64,000 nucleotides of DNA from Squalus acanthias (GCA_030390025.1 JASTWF010000328.1:248001-312000), one strand, 5' to 3'. Shown: positions 26,722 through 41,000, counted from the first letter of the stretch. The notes: generated by a model not told the origin, from the sequence alone. Numbers and translations are program-made.

Positions 26722-27380
26722 GGAAAGGTAGCATAGTGGTTACGTTACTGGACGAATCCTCTGCAGCTGGGGAATTTAAATTCAGCTAATTAAATAAATC
26801 TGGAATAAAAAGTTACGATCAGTAATGGTGACCATGAAACTACCGGATTGTTGCAAAAACCCATTTGGTGGACTATCCATCTTTAGGGAAGGAACTCTGC
26901 CGTCCATACATGGTCTGTCCTATACGTGTCTCTTAACTGCCCTCTGAAATGCTCTAACAAGCCACTCAGTTGTACCAAACTGCTACAGAAATCAATAAAA
27001 AGAAGAATAAACGCGGACGGACCACTCGGCATCGACCTCAGCACCGGCTTTGGACACGAAAAACGCGCACACAAACAAGTCGAAGCTGCAATGTCCTCCT
27101 CACCAACATCTGGGGACGTGTGTGAAAATTGGGAGAGCTGTCCCACAGACTAGGCAAACAACAGCCTGACATATTCATACTCACTGAATCATAACTTTCA
27201 GCCAATGTCCCATAATCCACCATCAACACCAGATGAGGCGGCACATTGGTATACAGTCAGGAGGGAGTGGTCCGGGGAGATTTGAACATTGACTCGAGAC
27301 CCCACGAAACCTCATGGCAAAGGTCTAGCATGGGCAAGGAAACCACCTACCGATTACCACCTGCCGCCCTCCCTCAGTTA
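26722..27380 (+). mobile_element. Family-2 LINE 5' end (tRNA-like head and EN start), degraded tandem copy
   Basis: Homologous to 27381-28071 and to about 31510-31575. Confidence 0.75.
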
Positions 27381-30300
27381 TGGGGACGGTAGAGTAGTTG
27401 TAATGTCACTGGGCTAGTAATCCAGTAGGCCATGACTAATGATCCGGAGACGTGAGTTCAATTCCCACCACGGCAGCTGTGGAATTTAAATTCAGTTAAT
27501 TAAATAAATCTGGAATAAAAAGCTAGTATCAGTAATGGTAACCATGAATCTATCGGATTGTAATAAAAACTCATCTGGTTCACGAATGTCGTTTAGGGAA
27601 GGAAATCTGCCGTCCTTACCCGATATGTGACTCCAGACCCACAGCAATGTGGTTGACTCTTAACTGCCCTCTGAAATGGCCCAGCAAGTCACTCAGTTGT
27701 AACTAACTGTGTTACGATACAAAATAACAAGAATGAAATCAGACGGACCACTCAGCACCGACTACGGACACGGCAACAGCACACTCAGCCCAGTCAACCC
27801 TGCAAAGTCCTCCTCACCAACACCTGGGGACTTGTGCCAAAATTGGGAGAGCTGTCCCACTGTCTAGTCAAGCAACAGCCTGACAAAGTCATACTCACAG
27901 AATCATACCTTTCAGCCAATGTCCCGAACTCCTCCATCACCATCCCTGGGTATGTCATGTCCCACCGGCAGGACAGACCCACCAGGGTTGGTGGCACAGT
28001 GGTATACAGTCGGGAGGGAGTGGCCCTGGGAGTCCTCAACATTGACTCAAACCCCATGAAGTCTCATGGCTGCAGGGCAATCTGGAGGGGGACGGTGAAC
28101 AGCCAGTTGTCGTGGTGCATATAGGTACCAACGATATAGGTAAAAAAAACAGGATGATTTCCTAAAAGCAGAATATAGGGAGTTAGGAGGTAAATTAAAA
28201 AATAGGACCTCAAAGGTAGTAATCTCAGGATTGCTACCAGTGCCACATGCTAGTCAGAGTAGCAATAGAAGGATATTTCAGATGAATACATGGCTAGAGG
28301 AATGTTGCAAGGGGGAGGGATTCAAATTCCTGGGATATTGGAACCGGTTCTGGGGGAGGTGGGACCAGTACAAACTGGACGGTTTGCACCTAGGCAGGAC
28401 CGGGACCGATGTCCTAGGGGGAGTGTTTGCTAGTGCTGTTGGGGAAGGCTTAAACTAAAATTGCAGGGGGTTGGGAAACTGTGCAGGGAGACAGAGGAAA
28501 GGGAAGCAAGGATAGAAGCAAAAGACAGGAAGGAGAAAAGCAAAAGTGGCAGTCAGAGAAATCAAGGGTGTAAATCAAACTTTGGCCACAGCAAATAATA
28601 ATTCTAAAAGGTCTAAGTGTTTAAAAAAAAGCCTGAAGGCTTTGTGTCTTAATGCGAGGAGCATTCATAATAAGGTGGATTAATTAGCTGTGCAAATAGA
28701 TGTAAACAGATATGATATAATTGGGATTACGGAGACATGGCTCCAGGGTGACCAAGGCTGGGAATTCAACATCCATGGGTATTCAATATTCAGGAAAGAC
28801 AGGCAAAAAGGAAAAGGAGGTGGGGTAGCATTGCTGGTTAAAGAGGAGATTAACACAATAGTAAGGAAGGATATTAGCTCTGATGATGTGGAATCTGTAT
28901 GGGTAGAGCTGAGAAATACCAAGGGGCAGAAAACGTTAGTGGGAGTTGTATACAGACCCGCAAACAGTAATGCTGAGGTTGGGGATGGCAATAAACGGGA
29001 AATTAGAGATGCGTGCAATAAGGGCACAGCAGTTATCATGGGTGACTTTAATCTACATATATATTGGGCTAACCAAATTTGTAACAATACTGTGGAGGAG
29101 GAATTCCTAGAGTGTATACGGGATGGTTTCCTGGACCAATATGTCAAGGAATCAACTAGAGATCAGGCCATCTTCGACTGGGTATTATGTAATGAGAAAG
29201 GATTAATTAGCAATCTTTTTGTGCGAGGCCCCTTGGGGAGGAGCGATCATAATATGATAGAATTCTTCATTAAGTTGAGAGTGAAATAGTTGACTCAGAG
29301 ATTAGGGTCCTGATTTTAAATAAAGGAAACTACGATGGTATGAGGCGCGAGTTGGCTAGGATGGATTGGGGAACGTTACTTAAAGGGTTGACGGCGACTA
29401 GGCAATGGCAAACATTTAACGATCGCATGGATGAACTACAAAATTTGTTCATCCCTGTTTGGCATAAAAATAAAACAAAAAAGGTGACTCAACCGTGGCT
29501 AACAAGGGAAATTAGGGATAGCATAAGATCCAAGGAGAGGACATATAAATTGGCCAGCAAAAGCAGCAAACCTGAGGATTGGGAGCAGTTTAGGATTCAG
29601 CAAAGGAGGACAAAGGGATTAATTAAGAGGGGGAAAATAGATTGAGAGTAAGCATGCAGGGAACATAAAAACTGACTGTAAAAGCTTTATAGATATGTGA
29701 AGAGAAAAAGAGTGGTGAAGTCAAGCGTAGGTCCTTGCAGTCAGAATCAGGGGAATTTATAATGGGGAACAAAGAAATGGCAGACCAATTAAATACATAC
29801 TTTGGTTCTGTCTTCACTAACGAGGGCACAAATCAAATCCCAGAGATGTCGGGAAACATAGGTTCTAATGAGAGGGAGGAACTGAATGAAATCAGTATTT
29901 GTAGGGAAATGGTATTAGGGAAATTGACGGAATTGAAGGCTGATAATCTACATTCTAGGGTATTAAGGAAGTGGCTTAGAAATAGTAGATTAATTGCTGG
30001 TCAAGTTCCAAAATTCTACAGACTCTGGAACAGTTCCCATGGATTGGAGGGTAGCTAATGTAACCCCACTATTTAAAAAAAGTGGTAGAGAGAAAACAGG
30101 GAATATAGACTGGTAAGCCTGACATCGGTAGTGGGGAAAATGCTAGAGTCCATTATAAAAGATGTAATAGCAGAGCACTTAGAAAACAGTGACAGGATCG
30201 GACAAAGTCAACATGGATTTACAAAAGGTAAATCATGCTTGACTAATCTACTGGAATTTTTTGAGGATGTAACTGGTAGAATAGATAAGGGAGAACCAGT

Positions 30301-33300
30301 GGATGTGGTGTATTTGGACTTTCAGAAGGCTTTTGATAAGGTCACGCATAAGAGAATAGCGTGAAAAGTTAAAGCACATGGGATTGGGGTAAGGTACTGA
30401 CTTGGATAGAGAACTGGTTGGCAGACAGGAAGCAAAGAGTTGGAATAAACGGGTCTTTTTCCGAGTGGCAGGCAGTGACTAGTAGGGTACCTCAGGGATC
30501 GGTGCTAAGACCCCAGTTATTCACAATATATATTAATGATCTAGACGAGGGAACTAGATGTAATATCTCCGAGTTTGCAGACGACACAAAGCTGGGTGGG
30601 CGTGTGTGCTGTGAGGAGGATGCAGAGAAACTCCAGTATGATTCGGACAGGTTGGGTGATTGGGCAGATGCATGGCAGATGCAATATAATGTGGATAAAT
30701 GCGAGGTTATCCACTTTTGTTGCAAAAACAGGAAGGCAGATTATTATCTGAACGGCAATAGATTGGGAAAAGGGGAAGTGCAACGAGACCTGGGTGTCCT
30801 TGTGCACCAGTCGCTGAAGGTAAGCATGCAGGTGCAGCAGGCGGTTAAGAAGGCAAATGGTATGTTGGCCTTCATAGCGAGAGGATTCGAGTACAGGAGC
30901 AAGTATGTCTTGCTGCAGTTGTACAGGGCCTTGGTGAGACCACATCTTGAGTATTGTGTGCAGTTTTGGTCGCCTTATCTGAGGAAGGATGTTCTTGCCA
31001 TGGAGGGAGTGCAGCGAAGATTCACCAGACTGATACCAGGGATGGCAGGAATGACGTATGAAGAGAGATTGGGTCGATTGGGCTTGTATTCGCTCGAGTT
31101 TAGAAGAATGAGAGGGGATCTCATTGAAACTTATAAAATTCTAACAGGACTAGACAGACTAGATGCAGGAAGGATGTTCCCGATGGTCGGGGAGTCCAGA
31201 ACCAGGGGTCACAGTCTAAGGATAAGAGGTAATCCATTTAGGACTGAGATGTGGAGGAATTTCTTCACCCAGAGAGTGGTGAACCTGTGGAATTCTCTAC
31301 CACAGAAGGCAGTTAAGGCCAATTCATTAAATATATTCAAGAAGGAGTTAGATATATTTCTTAAGTCTAAAGGGATCAAGGGATATGGGGAGAAAGCAGG
31401 GACAGGGTACTGAGTTTGGATGATCAGCCATGATCTCATTGAATGGCGGAACAGGCGCGAGGGTCCGAATGGCCTACTCCTGCTCCTATCTTCTATGTTT
31501 CTATGTTTCATGCCTTCAGGTCAAGCATGAGTAAGTTAACCTCCTGCTGATTACCACCTACCGCCCTCCGTCAGGTGATGAATCAGTACTTCTCCATGTT
31601 GAACACCACTTGGAAGAAGCACTGAGAGTAACAAGTGCACAGACTGTACTCTGGGTGGGGGACTTCAATGTCCATCACCAAGAGTGGCTCGGTAGCACCA
31701 CTACTGACCAAGCTGTCCGAGTCCTGAAGGACATATCTGCCAGTCTGGGCCAGCGACAGGTGGTGAGTGAACCAACTAGAGGGAAAAACCTACTTGACCT
31801 CGTCCTCACCAATCTACCTGTCACAGATGCATCTGTCCATGACAGCATTGGTAGCAGTGACCACCGCACATTCATTGTGGAGACGAAGTCCCGTCTTCAC
31901 ACTGAGAACACCCTCCATCGTGCTGTGTGTCACTACCACCGTGCTAAATGATATAGATTCAGAACAGATCTAGCAGCTCAAAACTGGGCATCCATGTGGC
32001 GCTGTGGGGCAGCAGCAGAATTGTATTCCACCACAATCTGTAACCTCATGGCCCGGCATATCCCTCACTCTACCATTACCACCAAGCCAGGGGACCAACC
32101 CTGGTTCAATGATGAGTGTAGAAGAGCATGCCAGGAGCAGCACCAGGCGTACCTAAAAATGAAGTGCCAACCAGGGGAAGCTGCATCACAGGACTACATG
32201 CGTGCTAAAAAGCGGAAGCAGCATGCTATAGACAGGGCTAAGCGATCCCACAATCAACGGATCAGATCAAAGCTCTGCAGTCCTGCCACATCCAGTCGTG
32301 AATGGTGGTGAACCATTAAACAACTAACGGGAGGAGGAGGCTCCAAGAATATACCCATCCTCAATGATGGTGGAGCCCAGCACTTGAGTGCAAAAGACAA
32401 GGCTGAAGCGTTTGAAACCAACTTCAGCCAGAAGTGCCGAGTGGATGATGCATATCGGCCTACTCCCGAGGTCCCCACCATCACAGAAGCCAATCTTCAG
32501 CCAATTCGGTTCACTCCAAGTGACATCAAGAAACGGCTGAGCGCACTGGATACAGCAAAGGCTATGGTGCTGAAGACTTGTGCTCCAGAACTAGCCGCGC
32601 CTCTAGCCAACCTGTTCCAGTACAGCTACAACACTGGCATCTATCCGACAATGTGGAAAACTGCCCAGGTATGTCCTGTCCGCAAAAAGCAGGACAAATC
32701 CAACCCGGCCAATTACCACCCCATCAGTCTACTCTCAATCATCATCAAAGTGATGGAAGGTGTCATCGACAGTGCTATCAAGCGGCACTTACTCACCAAT
32801 AACCTGCTCACTGATGCCCAGTTTGGGTTCCACCAAGACCACTCGGCTCCTGACCTCATTACATCCTTGGTCCATACATGGACAAAGGAGCTGAATTCCA
32901 GAGGTGAGGTGAGAGTGACTGCCCTTGACATCAAGGCAGCATTTGACCGAGTCTGGCATCAAGGAGCCCTAGTAAAACAGAAGTCAATGGGAATCAGGGG
33001 GCTCCACTGGCTGGAGTCATACCGAGCACAAAGGAAGATGGTTGTGGTGGTTGAAGGTCAATCATCACAGCCCCAGGACATCACTGCAGGAGTTCCTCAG
33101 GGCAGTGTACTAGGCCCAGCCATCTTCAGCTGCTTCATCAATGACCTTCCCTCCAACATAAGGTCAGTAATGGGGAAGTTTGCTGATGACTGTACAGTGT
33201 TCAGCGCCATTCACAACTCCACAGAGAATGAAGTCCATGCCCACATGCAACAAGACCTGGACGACGTTCAGGTTTGGGCTGATAAGTGGCAGGTAACATT

Positions 33301-34080
33301 CGCGCCACAGAAGTGCCAGGCAATGACTATCTCCAACAAGCGAGAGTCTAACCATCGCCCCTTGACATTCAATGGCATGACCATCGCCGAATCCTCCACT
33401 ATCAACATCCTTGTGGTCACCATTAACCAGAAATTTAACTGGACCAGCTACATAAATACTGTGGCAATAAGGGCAGGTCAGAGGCTAGGTATTCTGCGGC
33501 GAGTGTCTCACCTCCTGACTCCCCAAAGCCTTTCTACCATCTACAAGGCACAAGTAAGGAGTGTAATGGAATACTCTCCACTTGCTTGGATGAGTGCAGC
33601 TCCAACAACACTCAAGAAGCTTGACACCATCAAGGACAAAGCAGCCCGCTTGATCGGCACCCCATCCAACACCTTAAACATTCACTCCCTCCACCACCGG
33701 CGCACCGTGGATGCAGTGTGTACCATCGACAAAATGCACTGCAGCAACTCGCCAAGGCTTCTTCGGCAGCACCTCCCAAACCCGCGACCTCTTCCACCTA
33801 GAAGGACAAAGGAAGCGGGCGCGTGGGAACACCACCACCTCCAAGTTCCACTCCAAATCACACACCATCCTGACTTAAAAGTATATCGCCAATCCTTCAA
33901 CGTCGCTGGGTCAAAATCCTGGAACTCCCTACCTAACAGCACTGTGGGAGTACCTTCACCACACGGACTGCAGCGGTTCAAGAAGGCGGCTCACCACCAC
34001 ATTCCCAAGGGCAATTAGGGATGTGCAATAAATGCTGGCCTTGCCAGCGACGCCAGATGCCATTAGCGAATTAAAAAAAA
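27381..34080 (+). mobile_element. Apparently full-length family-2 LINE (~3.3 kb: tRNA-like head, one EN-RT ORF with stops, A-tail), split by a CR1 insertion at 28072-31507
   Basis: EN motif PDKVILTESYL (ORF 27834) continues after 31508 into YRPP, GDFNVHH, LDLVL, SDH, then RT ORF 32384..34018 (FADD). Confidence 0.85.
28072..31507 (+). mobile_element. CR1 LINE (end of ORF1, full ORF2 span, 3' tail), nested insertion
   Basis: GITETWL, YRP, GDFN, SDH, GVPQGS-like, FADDTKL; tail ttctatgtttctatgttt; flanks tcatggct / tcatgcct are TSD-like. Confidence 0.93.
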
Positions 34081-37000
34081 GCTTTATGTGATGGACAATG
34101 GAGGCATGGAACCTGGAAAAGGATGTCAGATGAGACTATATAGAATGCTGTGGGAAGGTGAATGATGGACAAGGAAGGGTTACACACCATGGTCACAGTC
34201 ACAGAGATTGTAGTTTGTGACTGTTCAGGGCAGATTAGCGTTACATAGAAACTGCAGCAGAGAAACAGTCCATTCGGCTCAAGTGATCTATGCTGTGTTT
34301 ATACTGCACGGGAGCCTCCTCCCACTCTAATTACATCTTGACACCGTGTCCACATATACGTTCGAGGGCGTTAGACTCGCGACACCAATATTAAATAACA
34401 TTCAGAACGCCGGAGAACCCATCCTCCTGGAATGAATTGAGCGAGTTTGTCGCACTCCCCTCACTTCAGAAAAAAATGAGGTCATTCACGTTGGAACTAA
34501 AAAGGATAGATCAGAGAATTTTCTAAATGGTTAGAAGTTAGGAACTATGGATGAGCAGAGAGAACTAGGTGTCCAAGTACAGAAATCACTAGAAGCTAGT
34601 TGATGGGTACCAAAAATAAGTACAATGCTAATGGAATGTTGGGCTTTATCTCGAGGGCTGGAATCAAAGGGGTAGAAGTTCTGTTCCAGCTGTACAGAGC
34701 TCTGGTTAGACCACATTTAGAGAAACGCACCTCGGCAACAATATCTTGGCGTTGGAGATTGTGCAGCTCAGATTCACCAGAACGATACTGGGGCTAAAAA
34801 CTTTAAATTATGAGGATAGATTGCATTGACGAAGCTTTTATTCCCTTGATTATACAAAGTTAAGGGGTGATCTAATTGAGGTGTTTAAGATGATCAAAGG
34901 AATTGCTAGCATAGAAAGAGTTAAACTATGTCCTTTGGTGGACTAGTCCAGGAAAAGGGGGCATAACCTTAAACGCAGAGCGAGGCCGTTCAGGGGTGAT
35001 GTTGGAAAGCATTTCTTCAGACACAGTGTAGTGGAAATCTGGAACACTCGCCCTCAGAAAGCTGTTGAGGTTCGGTCAATTGAAAATGACAAAACTGTCA
35101 TTGATAGATTTATGTTAGGCAATGGTACTTAGATTTATGGAACCAAGGCGGGGAGATGGAGTTAAGATACAGCTCAGTCATGATCGAATTGAATGAAGGA
35201 ACAAGCTAGAACGAATGAGTGGCCTATTCCTGTTCCTATGTTCCTGTGTTTCTATTTATAAAGCCAATGGTCCCATATACGTTTCTAAAAGCCTTATCAT
35301 CCTGTCCTGCCACCGTCAAAGATTTCTGTATCTATACCCCCAAGTTTTACTGTTCCTGCAACCCCTTTAAATTGTACAAGTTGGTTTAAATTGCATCGCC
35401 TCATTCTTCCTTCCAAAATGCAGCATTTCACACTTCTCTGCATTAAATTTCACCTGCCATGTGTCTACCCATTTCACCAGTGTCTCTCTTTCCTCCTGAA
35501 GTCTTCTGCTATCCTCCTCACGGTTTACGACTTTTCTGAGATTCGTGCCATCGACAAACTTTTAAATTATGCCCTGTATACCTAAGTCCATGTCACTGAA
35601 ATATATCAAATAGCAGTGGTCCTAATGCCTACCCCTGGGAACACTGTATACTTCCCTCCAGTGTGAACAATATCGGTTCACAACTACTGTCTGTTTTCTG
35701 TCCCTTCACCAATTTAGTATCCACGCTGCCACTGCTCCTTTAATATCATTGGCTTCAATTTTGTTAACCAGTCTATTATGAGGTACTTATCAAACGTCTT
35801 CTGAAAGTCCATATACAGAACATCAACTGCACTACCTTCATCAACCCTCTCCTATTTCATCGATTAGCTCATTCAAGTCAGCCAGACTTGATTTGCCTTT
35901 AAAAAAAAAATCAATTTTGGCTAATTAACCCATGTTCTTCCAACTGACAGTTAATTTTGTTTCGGAAATGTTGTCCCGAGGAGTTTCCTCAACACCGATG
36001 TTAAGCTGAGTCGCCTGTAGTTATTTGGTTCATCACTCTCCACTTTTTTGATCAGGGAAGTAACATTTCCAGCCCTCCCGTCCTCTCGCACCTTTCCCAT
36101 ATCCAAGGATTGGAAGATTGAGGCAGAGCGGGTGACATTTCTACTTTGAGCCCTGCCAACCGTTTTAGTACATCGTCCTAATCTATTTATATCCTGTCCA
36201 ATTTCTCTACCACCCCCTCCTTTACTGTACGATTGGCAGCATCCTCTCCTTTAGTGAATACGGACGTTAGTAACTCAGCCATGTCCTCTGCTTCCACAAG
36301 ATGATTGCCTTTTTGGTCATTAATCGGCCCCGCCTTTCCTTGGACTATTCTTTCACGCTTTATATGTTTATAAAAGGAGTTAGTGTTCCCTATTATGTTA
36401 CCGCTAATCATTTCTCATACATTCTCCTTGTCCCTCTGTTGTTGCTGTTGTGTGTTTATTACACTAGTGGCAGCGTTAGTGAAACAGCAAAGTGCTGAAT
36501 TTTACAAAGACTCAAACTGGTACTGAATTAACTGAATCGCTTTTACATTTCCACAGTGGGGAAAGGAAAGGCCGCTGATTGATAGTTTCAATGGACGCAC
36601 GTGCGCGGGCACACACACAAATGGAGAATTATGATTGTAAAACAGCAGTCAAATCCACCAGTTGTATATTCATGGTGTTTTCTGAGATCCAGAGCTACCA
36701 GCTGCTGTACTGATAGGGGAGGAGGGACTTGATATCATGTTTATCGAGGCAACGTTCTCCTTCTCATTTTAATATTTCCGTCGAACCCTCCTATTAATAT
36801 TGTATTTTTTACAGAGCATCATAATCTGGGAACGCCTGTCACCACCATGGCTGAAGGTCCAGACAGGGGAGAAGATCCAACATCTTCAACAAGAATGAGG
36901 AGGGACACAGGTAGATTCACAAAATACTTTAAATACAATTTCTGTCCCGACAAAGGGTCCAGATCTTGTGCCTGAACCTGTAGCTCATACAGGAAGAGGG

Positions 37001-38030
37001 AACAGGACAGGGGCTGAGTACAAAGAGGGGAGTGAGTGACCATCTAGAGGGACACTGCAGTCACAGGTGGAGGAAGCCCCTGAGTACTGGAACTGTCCAA
37101 TGGATACCTGGCTTTGGCTCTGTAAGTTGGAAAGAGACAGTGACTCAGAGGATCGTCTTCCTGAGCAACAGTGTGGCACCAGAGAGCAGGAGGCCACCCA
37201 GCGGGGCGAGAGTGAGAGGCAGGTGGGGCACAGGAATAGGAGAGCGATACTGGTGGCAGATTGTATAGTCGGGGGAATAAACAACCTCTTCTGTACCCCT
37301 GAGCAGGTCCTGAATAGTTAGTTACCTCCCTGGTGCCAGTGGGAATAACATCTTTGACCGGGTGGGACCACCTCTGGGAAGCAAGGGAGAGCAGTAAATA
37401 GCCATGTTCGGAACCAGTAACACGGATAGAAATACCTTTATAGAGGGACTATTAAGACTGAGGCACAAAACTAAGAAACCAGGCCTCAAGCTGTTGATCT
37501 CCAGATTGTTTTGCACTGGGCTGCTTAATACGGGTAATATGAGGCAGGTCATTGTGTGGCTGAAGGGCTGGAGCAGGAGGGGAGCGTTCACGTTCTTGGG
37601 GCACTAGAGTGAGTTCCGATGGAAGGGAAGGGACGACCGGCATCTGTACCGACCAACAATAATGGTTTTACAGAAAAGGTGAATGGAGCAGTGGGAGGGT
37701 ATCAGGGGATGTGACTGGAGATTGGGAAATATCCGGATCAGAGACGAGAGAGCGTAATTAATAAAAATGCTGGAGTTGAAACAGAAGATTTAAGAAATAG
37801 TGAAAAGTTATTGGCAAGAAAAAGGAAAGAAGATTTGAAATAGTGAGAGATAAAGTTGTGTTTTTAAAAAGAAGAAACGGGGACAAGTCAACATTTCAAA
37901 TGTTGGAGCTAGTATTGAGTTGTGTATGTGAGTGTACAAATCATTCCAAACATTCAGAAGCATGAGAGATGTGATCTAGTATCTACAAGACAGGGCCTTG
38001 GTTTTCACAGGACTCAGAGGGAGATGTTTC
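34081..38030 (+). repeat. Near-identical segmental duplicate of ~4422-8550, including the leader exon
   Basis: Long exact matches; spurious ORFs are almost identical (e.g. 7841..8110 vs 37322..37591). Confidence 0.95.
36815..36910 (+). CDS. NLR exon 1B (ATG 36847)
   Basis: Acceptor, Kozak context and phase-1 donor. Confidence 0.8.
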
Positions 38031-41000
38031 TGGTGATAACATTTTGAGGGAGGGACTAAAACATTTGTGGACGCCAGTACCAATAAAGCGTTCTATGACA
38101 ACAAGAAGAACAACAAGAAGAACAAACTGGTGTTTATACAGCAACTTTAATGTTGAAAAACGTCTCAAGGTGCTTCACAGGAGTGTTACCAATCAAAATT
38201 TGACACCGAGTCACATAAGGAGATATATTGGACAGGTAAAGTTTAAGGAACGTCTGAAAGGAGGAGAGCGAGAGAGAGAGGCGGAGGGGTTTAGAACATA
38301 CGGGTGTTCCAGGGAGCTATGCTAAGATGGAATCCATATGTTCGCAGTTCAGCAATAGGAAGAGAGACAGCACAATTCTCAGTGGGTTTTGCAGGTCAGC
38401 GAGCAGTGGAGGTGAGATAGAGGGGGGACTGGGGAAACTAGTTGTGGAGGATGAAATTTTGGGGAGATACAAAATATTTCCTTTACTTTCTAAAAATGAT
38501 GGTGTAAGTGAGAATGTTGATGTACTAGAGGAGGATGTGGGTCCATAGTTAGAGATCACTGTAGAGAAGGATTTGGATCTGAGTAAAATAGCTGAGGTGG
38601 AAAAGTTACTTGGCTCAGAGATAATGCACCCCAGTCTGTTAGAGGAAGTCAGAGAGGAGATAGGAGGGAATGACCACAGCATTTCAACCCACGTTTAATA
38701 TCAAAAATATACAGGTGGACTGAAGGAGCCCAAGTGATGATTCTGTTCTAATGTGGAGAGTGGATTAACCTGGTAACCAGAGACCATTGTGTAGAAACTC
38801 CTCAAATGTGTTAATCCAGGTCGAATTAGCGAGCATTTAGCGATAAAGAGGATGATGATTGGAGGTTGGAACGGATTAGCTGTAGAAAAGTCGTATATGA
38901 CAATTTTACGAACAATGACGGAGAGGTAAAGACCCTTTGGTCCATCCAGACTTTCCCAGGCAATTGCGATACTTTGTCATACTTTGTTCTAGCTATCCCA
39001 AAAAAAAACATGGGTGAGGTGAAAAAAAACAGGTAAAAGTACAGGCCAATTTGGGGGATAAAAATACGGGAAATTCCTCTCCGACCCATCTAGGCGATTG
39101 AAACTAGTCCAGCAGATCAATCTTACAACATGAGGACACTTCCGGGAATTCAGTGTAAGAGGTGATGTCCGCACCAAACAGGAAGAGGTCCAGCTCTCGC
39201 CTGAAGGAATTCACCGAGTCAGTGTCCACCGCCAGAGAAGGTATCCTGTTCCAGAGGTCGACTATTCTCTGGGAAAAGAACCACCTCCTGACATCTAACT
39301 TAAATCTGGCCCTGCACAACTTAAAATGGTGACCCCTGGCCCTCCGTAAGCTATGTAATTGGAACAAACTGTCAAATGGAACACAATCGATTCCCTTCAT
39401 CATCTTATAAACCTCAATCAGATCATCCCTAAGTCTTTGCTTCTCTAAAGTGTAGAGTCCAAACTCTTAGCCTATCTTGATAACTAAGTTGCTTTATACT
39501 GGGAATTAGTCTAATGTCCCTCCTCTGCAACAGTTTCAAAGCCTCAATATCACCCACCATGTGAGGAGACCAAAACTGGACACAGTATTCCAAGTGAGGC
39601 CTTTACCAAGGTCTTGTACTAGGACAAAATAGGTCGTCTTATACCCAACTGTCCTATGAATGCAGCCCAATATCCCCTTTGTTCTTGCTATCGCTTCACG
39701 GCATTGCTCCTGTACCTTCAGAGATGTATCCAGTAGAATGCCCGGATCTTCCTTTCTCCCCCTTATTTAATGCCATGAAGGGTGTATGAATGTTGAGCAT
39801 TCGCACTGCCCACAGGCACAACACGGCACTTCTCCAAGCTAAACATCATTTGCCAGTCATGAGCTCAATCTCCCAACACATTAAGATGCAGTTTTGTTGA
39901 GATGTGACTACACAGGTTGATGGAATGTTGTACATGCGGTGTATGTGGGTTATCAGAAGGTGTTTGATAATGTGGCTCACAGGAAGCTTCAGCCGTTTGT
40001 TATACGATGAAATGTAGCAGTCTGGTCGAAAGTGGATAATGTTTAGTTTTCTTCATTTGTGTTCACAGATCCGAACTCTACAATCACTGAGTTCTTGACA
40101 AAGTGCGACGATTACCAGCTGTTCCAGTTCACGAAATTCTACCGAGACAGACTGGAACAGGCGATTGAAGGAGGGGTGGACGGTCTCAGCTCGTTATTAA
40201 AAAACGAGAGGCATTTCAGTGAACAAGAACATCGGGTGAGTGGGAGGGACACAGAATGAGTTTGGATTATCCAAACATCACAGAACTGACAGGAAATCAG
40301 ATCTTAGAATCATAGAATGTTACTGAAGAGAAACAGGCCAAATAGGAAAGAAATAGATAAAACTGAAAATATTGTGAATCTGAAACAATGGAATAAACGG
40401 ATCTTTTTCCGAGTGGCAGGCAGTGACTAGTGGGCTACCACAGGGATCGGTGCTGGGACACCAGCTATTCATGATCTAGACGAGGGAACTAGATGTAATA
40501 TCTCTAAGTTTGCAGATGACACAAAGCTGGGTGGGTGTGTGTGCTGTGAGGAGGATGCAGAGAAACTCCAGTATGATTTGGACAGGTTGGGTGATTGGGA
40601 AGATGCATGGCAGATGCAGTATAATGTGGATAAATGCGAGGTTATCCACTTTGGTGGCAAAAACAGGAAAGGCAGATTATTATTTGAACAGCAATAGATT
40701 GGGAGAAGGGGATGTGCAACGAGACCTGGGTGTCCTTGTGCACCAGTCGCTGAAAGTAAGCATGCAGGTGCAGCAGGCGGTTAAGAAGGCAAATGGTATG
40801 TTGGCCTTCATAGCGAGAGGGTTCGAGTACAGGAGCAAGGATGTCTTGCTGCAGTTGTACAGGCCTTGGTGAGACCACACCTTGAGTATTGTGTGCAGTT
40901 TTGGTCGCCTTATCTGAGGAAGGATGTTCTTGCCATGGAGGGAGTGCAGCGAAGACTCACCAGACTGATACCTGGGATGGCAGGAATGACGTATGAGGAG

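Noticed and set aside
27381..27470. tRNA gene (also ~10285-10357)
   Set aside because: Retroelement heads; no complete cloverleaf
32384..34018. 544-aa RT ORF as an active or domesticated gene
   Set aside because: The upstream EN has stops and a CR1 insertion, and the RT lacks the GPDNIPA segment seen in the sibling copy
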